From positions 11,479,047-11,543,046 of the forward strand of contig NC_057719.1 in assembly GCF_004010195.1 (NCBI RefSeq): DNA of 64,000 nt. Reading direction: 5' to 3'. The translations under genes were made by a program, and so were the position numbers. The first letter of the stretch is position 1. Each line of letters starts with the position of its first letter. A model generated the notes under the pieces. That model saw only the letters and a list, made by a program, of their open reading frames with translations, did not search any database and had not been told where the DNA came from. Shown piece by piece: positions 24,170 to 37,009 of the stretch. The stretch is from Chiloscyllium plagiosum. Taxonomy: Eukaryota.

Positions 24170-24880
24170 ATGTATTTATTTGTTGCCACACATATTTTGC
24201 TACAAAATATGCAGTTGTGTCGTACAGTGTCGCCACTCTACGGCACCATCTTAAAAACAGAAAACCACCACCGTAAACAAAAGAAAAGTACACAAAGGCA
24301 GAAAAATAAAGAAATAGTGCTCAACTTTACAGTCCTTCTTGTGTAGTGCTCCACCATAGGCCCAGTGGTCAGCCAGGAGTCACCTTTGCTGTGTCACCAT
24401 CACTGGAACAAAAGTTGCTACTCTTTGGTGCCATCTCACCTCCATCAACACACTGCTACTATGAGTCCTTGCTTGATCTCACCAATGAAGCCACCACCGA
24501 TGCCACCAAGTATCACACTAGCCCAAACTCTACTCCACCCCATGAGTCCGCTTCAGGCACAGCTCACAGATCCTGCCAATATAACCAGCCCACCATCTCC
24601 ATAACGCAACAGAGATGTCGCTGGGAACCCAAACTCCTCTTCGTTGCAGCAAGCATGAGTTGGCGCTAGGATCTCTTTGTCCATGCAGAAGTGCTGGGCT
24701 CGCTTCGAGTCCATGCTGGACTCACTCACTGTTGATGCCGTCACCACAACGAAACTCTTCAACAAAAGGTAAGTAAAAGAAAAAAGAACACGATAGGAGA
24801 TTTAAAAAAAAAAGAAACAAAAAGGGAAGCAGACTGAGTGAATGAGCCCCAGACTCAGGATCATACTCTGTCGTTTTCAG
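24170..24880 (-). mobile_element. Non-coding interspersed repeat related to 40890-41360, with a Rex1-like 3' tail
   Basis: Shares tttatt...gtcgccactctacggcaccatctta, aaataaagaaata and aaaaggtaagt blocks with the 40.9-41.4 kb copy. Confidence 0.55.
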
Positions 24881-25964
24881 AGGATAGTTAAGAGTGAGTA
24901 TATTGCTGTGGGTCAAAAGGCATGTGTGGCCAATGTGGTGAGGACAGTAGATTTCCATCCCTAAATGACATTACTGAACAATGTGTTTTTTTAAATGATC
25001 TATTTATTCTAGATTTATTAAAATTCTGCTAATTGCCATGGAGAGGTTTGACCCCACACCTCCATAACATTAGTTCAGGCCACTGGATTAATAGCCCAAA
25101 AATATCAACAATCTGAGATCACTTCTGCAATTTTACATGCATTTAAAATGCTGTATAAATACAACTTGTTTTATCAGCTGTAACATAAAACCTTGCATTG
25201 CATAAGACATTGCTAGTAAACAATACCAGAAATGATGTGGAATTGGGAACCTATACATATTCTTTACAGTTTGGGCTTCAATGCACTCCAATTGAAGAGA
25301 GAACACATTTGCTCTGAAGGAGCATCATGTTGCTCAGTTTGAGGATTGACACCCTGAACTAGTTGAGTCGAGTAGCTTTTCTGTGCTGTACGTTCTATCT
25401 AATGCTCAGAGATAATAGTTTTTTAATTCATGATTTCAGAATTTTGAAAATGGAGGCAGTGATCTGCAGTGTTCCCACAAGTCTATTACAAACAAAAATG
25501 AAGAGGAAGATTTGCATTATCTAGCACTTTTTGTGACCACCAGCTGTTTCACTGTAATTTACAGTCCATAAAGCTTTTGAAGTGTAGTCATTTATGTAAC
25601 ATAGGAAATATGGTAGCTAATTTATGAACAGCCAAACTGTCATGAGCAGTGTTATAATGACCAGATCTTTCTAATGTTGAATGAGGAATAAATATTGGTC
25701 AGGATGCCCAAAGAAAGCTCCCAAATTCTTTAAATTCTGTTCAACTATGAGTTATTTGACATTTACTTCAGTTTTGTAGAAATGTAAGCAAAACACTAGC
25801 TGTATAACGTTAATCAAAGAGGTTACTGGAAAATAATGTAGAATGCAATTCTGTGTCTAAAGAATGCTTTATTAGTAAAAACAAGGTGTGGCATATCTAT
25901 GTCTGTCTAATGAAAGAATTACATTTATATTGCACATTTCACTAATTTAATGTCTTATGACAAC

Positions 25965-26295
25965 ACAGTTGCTCAGTCATGAGCATTGCTGCTTCACAGT
26001 GCCAGGGACCCAGGTTCAATTCCAGCCCTTGGGTGACAGTGTGGAGTTTGCACATTCTTCCTCTGCATGGGTTTCCTTCGGGTGCTTCAGTTTCCTCCCA
26101 CAATCCAAAGATGTGTAGGTTAGGTAGATTGGCAATGCCCTGGGGTATCCAGGGATGTGCAGGCTAAGTGGGTTAGTCATGGTAAATGCGGGATTATGGG
26201 AATAGGGTAGATCTGCGTGGGGTGCTCTTTGGAGGGGTCAGCGCACATTTGGTGGGCTGAATGGCTTCTATCTGCACTGCAAGGATTCTATCATT
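25965..26295 (+). mobile_element. HE1-type V-SINE (older copy)
   Basis: tRNA head, V-domain and CR1-like tail. Confidence 0.85.
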
Positions 26296-26349
26296 CAGTT
26301 CACAACAAATGAAGTGAAGTCACTGTTGTAGGAAATGCATCAAGCCAGT

Positions 26350-28393
26350 TTGCACAGCTAAATATCCAAGGAAGACAGGCAGGTGGGCAGATGGGGGTGG
26401 GATTGCCTTAAAAGTAAGAAATGAACTTAAATCAATAGCTAGAAATGATGTAGGGTCAGATTATGTAGAATCTGTGTGAATAGAGTTGAGGAACTGCAAA
26501 GGAGAAAAAATCATAATAGGAGTTGTGTACAGGCCTCCAAACAGTAGTCAGGAGATGGAGCACAGGATGCACCAGAAGATAGAAAAGGTGTGTAAGAAAG
26601 GCAAGGTTGCAGTGATCATGGGGGATTTCAGTGTGCGGGTGGAATGGGAACATCAGGTTGGTAGTGGATTGCAAGAAAAGGAATTTGGGGAACGTCTACA
26701 AGATGGCTTTTTGGAGCAGCTTGTGGTGTAGCCCACTAGGGAACAGGCAATTCTAGATCTAGTGACATGCAATGAGGTAAACTTGATAAGGGAGCTTAAT
26801 GAGAAGGAACCCTTAGTAGGCAGCGACCATAATATGATGGAATTTACTCTGCAATTTGAGAGTGAGAAGCTGGAATCAGATGTAATAGTATTACAGTTGA
26901 ATAAAGGCAACCAAAAAGGCATGAGGGAGGAGCTGACCGGAATTGACTAGGAGATGAGCCTAGCAGGAAAGACAGTGAAACAGCAATAGTAGGACTTTCT
27001 GGAAGCAATTTGGGAGACACAGCAAAAAGGATGAGGCAACCATGGCTGACCAAGGGAGTCAGGGACAGCATAAAAGAAAAGAGAAAGCATATAATGTGGT
27101 GAAGAATAGTGGGAAGCCAACAAAGACCAACCGAGGACAACGAAAAACAAAACAGGGAAGGAGATGATTAAATATGAGGGTAAGCTAGCTCGTAATATAA
27201 AAGAAGATTGCAAGAGTTTCTTTAGAGATAAGGGCACAAGAGAGGCAAAGTGGACATTGGGCTGCTGGAAAATGATGGAGAAGTAGTAATGGAGAGCAAA
27301 GAAATGACAGTCTTCACAGTGTAAGATACAAGTAACACCCCAAAAATGCAGCACAGACGGGGGGGGGGGCAGAGGTGAATATGATGGCCATCAAGAAGAA
27401 GGTGCTAGAAAAACTGAAAGGTCTGAAGGTGGATAAATCATCTGGACCAGATAGGCTGCACCCCAAAGTTCTGAAGGAGATAGTTGAAGAGGTGGTGGAG
27501 ATGTTAGGAATCATTCTTTCAGGAATCACTGGAGTCAGGGAGGATGCTGGAGGACTGAAAAATTGATAATGTAACCCCTGCTGTTTAAGAAGGGAGGAAG
27601 GCAAAAAAATGGGATGATTAGTCTGACCTCAATCATTGGTGATATTTTGAAGGATGTGATTTCTGATAACTTGGAAGTGCATGGTAAAATAGGGCAAAGT
27701 CAGCACAGTTTCATTAAGTGGGTGGTCATGCCTGACAAATCTGTTAGAGGTAATGAGCAGGTTGGACCAAGCAGAGTCAATAGATGGTATCTACTTGGAC
27801 TTCCAGAAAACATTTGACAAGGTGCCACACAGGAAGCTGCTGTGTAAGATAAGGACTCATAGTTTCAGAGGCATGGATAGAAGATTTGCTGTCTGGCAGA
27901 AAGCAGAAGAGGGGGTTGAAAGGGTCCTTCTCAGGATGGAAGCCGGTGACTAATCAAAGTTGGGTCCACAACTTTTTACTTTATACATTAATGATCTAGA
28001 TGAAGGAACAGACGGTATTCTGGCTCGGGGATCAGAGGAAGTTCACAAGGATGATCCCAGGAATGAAAGCTTAACATATGAGAAATGTTTGAGGACTTTG
28101 GGTGTATACTCAATGGAGTTTAGAAGGATGAGAGGGGTCTAATTGAAAGTGAACAACCTGGACAGAATAGATGTTGGGATTGACTAGGACCCAAGGGCAC
28201 AGCCTTAGAGTAAAGGAAAGACCCTTTAGAATGGAGAAGAGGAGAAACCTTTTTAGCCAGAGAGTGGTGAATCTATGGAATGCATTGTCACAGAAGTCTG
28301 TGGAGGCAAGGTCATTGAGCATATTTAAGACAGAGATAGGTACTTGATTGTCAAGTGGATCAAAGGTTAAGGCGGGAAAGTAGGAGAATGGGG
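26350..28393 (+). mobile_element. Degenerate CR1 LINE ORF2 (APE-RT) with internal deletions
   Basis: IIGVVYRPPNS, VIMGDFS, GSDHNMMEF, YLDFQKTFDKVPH and LYINDLDEG motifs. Confidence 0.88.
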
Positions 28394-28464
28394 TTGTGAT
28401 TGTAATAAGGTGGCCCTCAAAGAATATGAATTCCCTGTTTGGGACTGTTAATCTGGCCCAATTA

Positions 28465-28808
28465 AGATAGAAAAAAAATAGAATCCTTACAGAGTGGAAA
28501 CATGCCCTTCAGCCCACCAAGTCTACACCAACCCTCCGAAGAGTATCTCAACCAGACCCATTCCCTATTATTTGGCATTTACTCTTGACTAATGCACCTA
28601 ACTTACATATCCCTGAATACTATGGGCAACTTAACACGGTCAATTCACCTAACCTGCACATCTTTAGACTGTGGGAGGAAACCAGGGTACCCAGAGGAAA
28701 CCCGTGCAGACACAGGGACAATGTGCAAACTCCATACAGACAGTAGCCTGAAGTTAGAATTAAACCTGGGTGAGGCAGCAGTGCTACCCACTGAACCACC
28801 GTGCTACC
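28465..28808 (-). mobile_element. HE1-type V-SINE inserted in the 5' LTR
   Basis: V-domain on the minus strand; LTR sequence resumes at agggaaacc. Confidence 0.88.
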
Positions 28809-30273
28809 TAGGGAAACCTAGCTAACAGATAAAAACCAGGAGTGTTAGACATCTTGTTCACTCTGAGTGCTTCCTCTGAAGGAGCTGGATCAATGTTAAG
28901 GACTGTCTACGTGTAAATAAAAGGCAACTCGGTGATGGCCTACTGGCCTCTGTGGAGCTATTTCAGTGGCGACAAGAGAACAATATGCTCCTGAAGAAAT
29001 TCGCTCGCAACTATGATCTTTGAGTTGGGGTAAGCATTGCTGGCTTCATGCTGTTATTTCGGAAAGTTGACCCAATAGATCCTGCCATCAAAGGTAGACT
29101 GGATCCAGTGTGGGAAAAGAATGCTATTTTTTTCTAGGCAAATGAAATTGAGGTAACAAGATGATACTCAGTAAGTAATTCTCCTGACCACTTGTGGACC
29201 CACAGCTTTTTCTGCTATTAGGAGCCTAACTTTCCCTGTGGCACCAGATACTAAAACTTTGAAGAGTCGCCGAATTTAGTTAAGGAATATTACAACTCCA
29301 AGCTTCATCTAATTCTGAGATGCTGTCAGCTTTACTCAGTAATTTGAGAGCCAAGGGAATCCGTATCGGGATTTTTGATTAGTTTAAGATGATTGGCATG
29401 TGCCTTTGATTTAACCGTTAATGAGATGCTGAGGGACCATTTGGATTAATGATGTAACCATGCAAATGTGCTGACTCGCTGAAGCCAAATTGCACTTCAA
29501 ACAGGCACTACAACTAGCTTTATCAATGGAAATGCAGCAAGTGGAGCTTATGAGGTGTAGGATATTCTGATGGAAGTGGACACCTCTTCAGCCTGACTGA
29601 GCTTGGGGAACACCCCTTGAGTGAACACCAATTACATAGCCTCACTCAGGACATATCCTGAACAGAGGGACTCTAGGTCAGCCTACCGCAAACCCCAAAA
29701 CAAAGCCAAGCCTCAGCCAAACTGTTAAAAGTTTCTTCAAGATCCAGGCCAACAAGCCGGTATGCGGACTCAAGATAGAAAAGAGTCCCACCAGACCTAA
29801 ATTGAGGAAGAGAACTCATAAGGTGGAATTCAGGAGAGTGTAATCCTAGAAAGTCCACCCACATCTGTTTTTGAACAGTTAAATGGCTTAGCAACATGCA
29901 AATCAGAACCAATCAAAATAAATGTCTGGTTAAATGTTCAACCAGCTCTAATGGAGGCCACTTCAGTGATCGCAGGACCAGTCTTATATAAAATTCGGTC
30001 TGAACTCCAATCCTTAAGTTTGTGCAAGACCTCAGCTAGACTGAGTACCTATACTGGGGAACCTTTGCAGATGAAGGGTACAACTATATGAGAAGAATTT
30101 AGTTCAGTTACTACTAATTGTAGTAAAAAGCTTGGGCCCAGGCTTAATGGGGTGAAATTGGTTGAGAAAGATTTACCTAGATTGGATCAACATTTTTCAA
30201 TTAGAAAATGGATGCCTGAGTGAAATCCTAATTAAGTATCCAAAAGTTTTTCTGGAAGGTTGAGGGAATATCA

Positions 30274-30371
30274 TTCTCCTGCTCCTTGGATGCTGCCTGA
30301 CCTGCTATGCTTTTCCAGCAACACATTTTTAAGCTCTGATCTCCAGCATCTGCAGTCCTCACTTTCTCCTA
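30274..30371 (+). mobile_element. PLE-derived short insertion without hammerhead core; 9-bp TSD
   Basis: TSD ggaatatca at 30265-30273 and 30372-30380. Body ttctcctgctccttggatgctgcctgacc...ctgcagtcctcactttctcct. Confidence 0.88.
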
Positions 30372-33300
30372 GGAATATCAAAGGAGCCAATGTCACCTTG
30401 CATATTGACGAGGAAGCAATTCCACAATTCTGCAAGGTCTGCCCAGTCCCATTTGCCATGTGGAGGCAGAAATCTGAAGGCTGGAAAGCAAAGGAATCAT
30501 CAAATCAGTCAGGTTTGCGGGATGACCAGCGTCTTCCACTCATGGCTGACAATATCAGACTTTGGATGCAGAAAGATCCAATCCTAGCAAAACTTAAGCA
30601 GCTGGTGGTGATGGGGAAACCAAAGGGCTATCACAACCAAAATTGAAACATTTTTGAACCTGGAGAGACCAGATCACAGAAGAGGGCAGCATATTATTAT
30701 GGGAAACTAGAGTGATTGTCCCGAATACAGGTCCACCAGAGTTATCCGAGGGTTTCCAAAACAAAGATGTTGACGAGAAGTTAGGAGTGGTGGCCAGAAT
30801 TGGATGCAGACATAGGTGTTTTGGTGGCGCAGTGCCCAGAGTGCCAATAAGGACAAAAATTATCAGCAGCTCCCCCACATTTGTGGGAATGGCAGGGTAA
30901 ACCTTGGACTCAGTTACACGTTGACTGTGCATGTCCTTTCATGGACTCAATGTTCTTAGTCATTGTAGACGCCCATTCAAAGTGGCTGGATGTACATAGA
31001 ATTAATTTGTTAAACATGGGGACATAGTTTTTCTATCAATGTGCATCTTTTGTAATACAGACTCTTGGGAGTGTTGGTGACAGATAACGAGCCATCATTT
31101 ACCAGAAGGGAATTTGAGTATTTCCTAAGGTCAAATGGTATTTGACATATAAGGATAGCTCCATCCAATCCATCATCCAATGGTCTGGTGGGAAGAGCAG
31201 TCCAAACTTTGAACTACAACTTCACGAGATACCAAAATGTCCCAGTTCCTATTTGATTATAGGGCCACTCTTCATTCAGCTACAGAGATAACTCCAACAA
31301 AATTGCTAATGGAGAGAAGACTCCACACCAGGATCTTCCCAGATCTGGGGGAGCGGAGGCATGAAATGGCAAAAGGAATACCAATGCCAGACACAAGACT
31401 CCGATAAGCAAGAGAAGCAATTTACTTCAGGGGATGACGTTTAGTCGAGGAACCACAAGAATGGCCCTGCGAGGGTAAGAGACCGGGTCAATGCAAAGTC
31501 AAGTCCAGTGATGTATAAATTTCAGGTAGGTGCAACGGTCCTGATAAAGCATATGGACCATATCAAAAGAGTGAATTTCATCCGAGATGCTCCGAATACA
31601 AGAGGCGAGTTACTGTGCATTACTCACCACCCATATCAAAAGCAGAGTTGGAAGAACCTGACCCGGTGCTAAATCACCTCAGGAGGAGCTATGAGAAAAA
31701 GAACAGGACTATGTCCTTGGACTCAGAGAGGGAGGGAGGTAGTGACTGCAGCAAAGTCAGCCAGGTGGGTCTCACAGAATATGAGTTCTCTGATTAGACA
31801 AGATTAACAGCCCTAATCAGGGAGCCCTAGCTGAGAGATAAGAACAGGAATGTCAGATATCCTGCTCAATCTGAGAGCTGGCTCTGAGGGAACTGGATCA
31901 GTGTCAAGGACCCTCCATGTGTGAATAAAGGTTGACTTGGTGATGGGATACTGGCCTCCATGGAATTATTTCATCTTGGAGTAAAGATTCAGTGGCCTGG
32001 AACCTTTCGCTTCCACCTGAGAGAATAGATCAGGCCTCAGTTTAAAATCTCATACGAGAGACAGCACTTTCAAATAGTACAACACTCCCTCAGTATTGTG
32101 AATGTCAGCCTGGATTTGACATTGTAAAGCCATTGGAATGGGTGTTGAATCCATAATTTGCCTTACGCAGAAGAGAAGACTGTTACGATGAATCTCAATT
32201 GACAATCTATTATTAGTTGAATATTAGGATTGTGATTATATATTTCATACACTTTGTCTATCACCAAATCGATTTTTTTAAAGTATTTTTATATTGTAGT
32301 ATGATTAAGTTACAGTTTCTTTGTGTAAGAAGATGTGGAATGTCACTTGGAAAACATTTTCAACAGCTTTAGGTTTCAGTCATGAAAATGGTAAACTCAG
32401 TCATGAAAAAGGTAAACTCAATCCTAAACTAATGCAATCCTTAATATGTGAACTATCTTAGACTCTATTGATTGAACCTGCATATTTTCAGTGGCTAGAA
32501 AGCTGTCCTATAGAAAGATGATGAAATAAATTGAAGAAAATGGAATTGTCACTCCTGCTTTGATTCTGTCCAAAGACAATGTACAGAATTCTCCAGACTT
32601 ATAAAGATATCAGACATCAGGACCTGACCCCACTCGTGACAGCAGTATGTCCTCCAGTGCAATCTCACATGGGATGGCTAGTCATCAAGGCACATTACAA
32701 CAAGACAAAATCAATACATTGGAAATCTGAAAGAAGAACAAAAAAAATGCTGGAAATCCTTAGTAAGTCAACCTGTAAATGAAGAGAGAATTAAAGAGCC
32801 AGGTCAGTGGCCTTCCTTCAGAATAGGCTATCTCAGCTTTCATTGTCCAAACATTTGTGAAAGACATTTACTGAATGGCAAGGGGGTAATCAGGAAATGG
32901 AATATGAGGATAGCTAACAGTGGGAATCTCCAGAATGGTAGACACACTTCAACCAGAGGGACATGAGATAAATGAGATAGCTCTCTTCAGGCAAACTCAA
33001 CCGCCAGTTTGTTGCTTACTCTTAAATACATGATCACGGTTTCCTGACTTGATTTGCAATCTCCTCTCATGTTAAGGCTAAACCTTTTCCACTCTGTAGA
33101 CATTCTAATTCTAATTCTTTTCATAGGATGTGTGCATCACTGGTGTTTGCCCATGCCTTATTGCCCTTAAGCTATTTTAGGGGCTGTTAAGAGTCAACCA
33201 CTTTGCTGTGGATCTAATATCACATATAGGCCAGATCTGGTAAGTATGGTTACCAATGATACAGCATGGTTTTAATGATAATTGATAGTTCCGCTGTCCC

Positions 33301-33935
33301 ATTACAGAAGAGCTTTCAATTCCAGATGTGTTTTATTTTGTTTCAGTACAAATTCCACCAGCTGCTGAGGTGATATTTGAACCCATGTCTCAAAGACCTA
33401 GTCAACTGATTTCCTACTCCATGTCATTTCTGCTGTACCACCATCTCACCTCAAAGTCTTTTAGTTTTTCGATTGTGTGCTCACTTTGTTTGAGCTGACA
33501 AGTTATGCGTTGTAGGAGTTCTTGGACAATTTCACCAGAAAAACCAGCTTAATGACCTGTGTTGATTGTTCTCCCATCCCTGCCAGGAAGGTTGCTGTCA
33601 ACATGCAATTTCACCGCCAATAAAAGTGCAGAGGGGAGATCACATCAGAAAGTTATTTTTCTTAGCAATATTCCTCGTATTCTGACTCCAAATGGATGTG
33701 AAAGTTCCATCTAATGTCCTTCATAAATTATATTGGATTTAAAGAATGGTTTGGGTAGGAGGGAGCAGTGACTAAATGGTAAAGTTGCTGTTAACCCAAT
33801 GGTCTCAGACGAATGTTCTAGGGGCATAGGTTCAAATTCTACAATGGAAAGTGGTGAAATTTGAATTCAAATGTAGGCTGGGGGGGGTGGGGGTGGGAGA
33901 GTCTGGAATTAAAACGTTAATCCATGCAACCATGG

Positions 33936-35010
33936 TCATCGCGTCATTGACCTGTACAGCATGGAAGCAGAGCCTTCGTCCAATTCATCCACGCCGACCA
34001 GATATCCTAAATTAACCTAGTCCAATTTGCCAGCATTTGGCCCATATACCTCTAAACCCTTCCTATTCATATACACATTCAGATGCCTTTTAATTGTCAT
34101 AATTGTACTAATCTCCACCACTTCCTCTGGCAGCTCATTCCATACATGGATCACCTTCTCAGTGGTTAGCACTGCTGCCTCACAGCGCCAGGGACCTGGG
34201 TTTGACACCAGCGTCAAGCAACTGTCTGTATGGAGTTTGCACATTCTCCCTGTGTCTGCATGGGTTTCCTCCGGGTGCTCCGGTTTCCTCCCACAATCCA
34301 AAGCTGTGCAAGTTAGATGAATTGGCTAAATTGCCCATCGTGTTCAGGGATGTGTAGGTTAGGTGCATTGGTCAGGGGTGGGTAATAGGGTAGAGGAATG
34401 GGTCTGGGTGGGTTACTCTTCAGAGGGTCGGTGTGGACTTGTTGGGCTGAAGGGCCAGTTTCCACACTGTTGGGATTCTATTCTATGAAATAAAGTTATA
34501 AGATTAAATCTTTTAAATCTTTCCCCTCTCATCTAAACCTATGTCCTCTAGTTCTGCACTCCAACCCCCCCCCCCACTCCCGGCAAGAGTCTATTCACCC
34601 TATCTATGCCCCTCATGATTTCATAAACATCTATAAGGTCACCCCTCAGCCTCTGATGCTCCAAGGAAAATAGCCCAGGCCTATTCAACTTCTCTCTATC
34701 GCTCAAATCCTCCAACCTTTGCGACATCCTTGTATATCCTTTCTGAACCCTTTCAAGTTTCACAACATCCTTCCCTCAGCAGGGAGACCAGAATTCCCGG
34801 CAGTATTCCAAAAGTGGCCTAATCAATGTCCTCTACGGTTGCAACATGACCTCCCAACTCCTATACTCAATGCACTGACCAATAAAGGCATGCATACCAA
34901 ACACCTTTTTCACTATCCTGTCTACCTGGTACTCCATTTTCAAGGAATTATAAACCTGCACCCCAATAACTCCTTGTTCAGGACCACTGCCCAGGACCTT
35001 TCCATTAAGT
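33936..35010 (-). mobile_element. 5'-truncated CR1 LINE interrupted by an HE1 SINE
   Basis: LERVQKGYTRM...LRGDLIDVYEIMRG and VWNELPEEVVE on the minus strand. Confidence 0.88.
34158..34490 (+). mobile_element. HE1-type V-SINE
   Basis: ctcagtggttagcactgctgcctcacagcgccagggacc head plus V-domain. Confidence 0.92.
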
Positions 35011-35181
35011 CAATTATTGTAATTACCCAACTAGTTCTTTTAAGTAAGGAAATCTGCCATCCTTACCCAACCTGATCTAGATGTGACTCCAGACCCACAG
35101 CAATATGGTTGATTCTTAAATACCCTCAGAAAAGATCAAGCAAGCCATTTAGTTCAAGAGTAATTAAGGATGGGTAATAAG

Positions 35182-36404
35182 GTGTGAGGTATTGTTAATG
35201 TTGTTATGAGGCACAGGTTTGGCCTATTCCCAAAACCTGTGCCGCCACAGTCACCTGGGGCCACCTTCCACTTCATGTGGAGATCAAAGATGGACCGGGT
35301 CAGAAGGGACACAATGTATAAAGATCTGGGCAACAGGGGGAGAAAATACATCCAATGCCACCCTCACCCTGATGGCCACTTTTGTGTGTGGCTGCATCAA
35401 GCTAGGCGTGGAACCCCGGTACGCAAACACCAAGTGTCACTACGTACTGAGGTTCTACCTGTCCCCGGTGTTGCGAAGGATGGACCTGGCCTTGCTGCCG
35501 CGGAATGCTCCAAGCAATTGGACCGTTCCGTATCACCTGTCCATCGTGGAGAAATTTATAAAGAAAAACACCTTTGACCACAAGTCCATCAGGAAGTGGT
35601 CAGCACGTAGTGTCCTTGAGACCCTTTGGGAAAAGGAGAAGGTGGATCCTGTTGAGCGGTTCCCTGGGCAGACTGTCAAAGTCATTTGGCAGAATGCCTC
35701 ATCAGAACTTTCCAACGAGCACCAAGAATGGCTTGGCTGGTGGTGAGAAGAGCTCTGCCTGTGAGATCCTTTATGCACGCCTGGACTCTCTGCCGCACCG
35801 CACGCTGCCCTCGAAGCGGCTGCGGGGGGGGGAGTAAGACTGTCACACACCTCCTTCTGGAATGTGCCTATGCAAAGGAAGTCTGGAGAGGAATGCAGTG
35901 GTGTTCGTCCCGAGCAGCTCCGTGACGCGGGACTCCGTGCTCTACGGTCTGTTCCCCAGGACGCACACCGAGACAAACATCAACTGTGCCTGGAGGATCA
36001 TCAACTCAGTGAAAGACGCTCTTTGCTCTGCCCGAGACCTGTTGACCTTCCAGCTGAAGGAGTTGACCCCGACTGAGTGTTGCGGACTGGCACATTCCAA
36101 GGTCCAGGGCTATGTGTTGAGGGACGCGCTGAAGCTTGGGACAGCTGCCGCCAAGGCGGGGTGGTGACAGACCACAGTGTAAGGTCTTCCCGCCAAAAAA
36201 GAACAGGGGGCCCACCCAGTTAATTGGGCTCCACTGACGCCTCAGCTAAATACCTGGGTGGTCACCATACAGACTTGTATATACGAATGATTAATTCCGA
36301 TCTCTGTATGTAAAGAAATGGAACATATACATATGAATGGCGTCACCAATTACATAGATATCAAAATAGTTTTATGATTAAAGTATATTTTTGAAATAAA
36401 AATA
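35182..36404 (+). mobile_element. 5'-truncated Tx1/L1-clade LINE (ORF2 C-terminus with zf-RVT, 3'UTR, A-rich end); ~20-bp TSD
   Basis: FMWRSKMDRVRRDTMYK, AWLVVRRALPVRSF...CPRSGCGG..TVTHLLLECAYAKEVW and LRDALKLG. TSD aattaagRRtgggYaataag at 35162-35181 and 36405-36424 (2 mismatches). Confidence 0.85.
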
Positions 36405-37009
36405 AATTAAGGGTGGGCAATAAGTAGTAGATCGGCCAGCAATGACCATATCCCATTAACCAATAAAAAAATGTAGAAGGGAAACCGGATCCTGTCTAAG
36501 ATGGTCCCTGTAATTTAGTTTTGCAGCCCCCTGCAGAGAAGGATTGGGGTATTCTTTTGACTTAGTATGGTCCTGAAAACAGGCAATGTTGAATCTACCA
36601 GTGATGTCAATGAAAATACAAATAGGCTTGTATCCTGACATCCTGAAAGCTTCGCACTGCACACCTGCCAATTTCTGCATGTGCACGCTTTGTGAAATGT
36701 CCTGGTGGTGTCCAAATAAGCACAATAAATATAAACAAATGGGACAGACAGATGTCACTGGCAGGAGTTGTGTACTTGTGTACTAGGAGCATTTTGGGGT
36801 GTCAGCAGACATTCGTATCAGGATAATTTTATCGTGTGGCACAAAGACAGGATTTACAAAGACAGATATTAAATTGAAAGCCAGGCTAGAGATCATTTTA
36901 AACCATCACATTACCTTTGTAATCATTTACATGTTAAATTGAGACGCATGTGCCACCATAGGTTGATTAAAAGACCTCACTACAATATTTCAAAGAAATT
37001 CAATAGACT

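Larger units (their letters stand above)
28394..31973 (+). mobile_element. Decayed Gypsy (Mag-like) LTR retrotransposon: 5'LTR 28394-28965 (split by a SINE), PBS, gag, protease remnant, integrase, PPT, 3'LTR 31738-31973
   Basis: Both LTRs end in ...atttca. PBS-like tggcgacaagag at 28967 and purine tract gagagggagggagg before the 3'LTR. Integrase motifs WTQLHVDCACPFMDSMFLVIVDAHSKWLDV and VLVTDNEPSFT...SNGLVGRAVQTL. Confidence 0.85.

Noticed and set aside
24346..24669. S/T/P-rich 107-aa ORF
   Set aside because: It lies inside an interspersed repeat and reflects base composition.
32376..32420. 21-bp tandem duplication
   Set aside because: Ordinary slippage duplication with two units and no spacers; not CRISPR-like.
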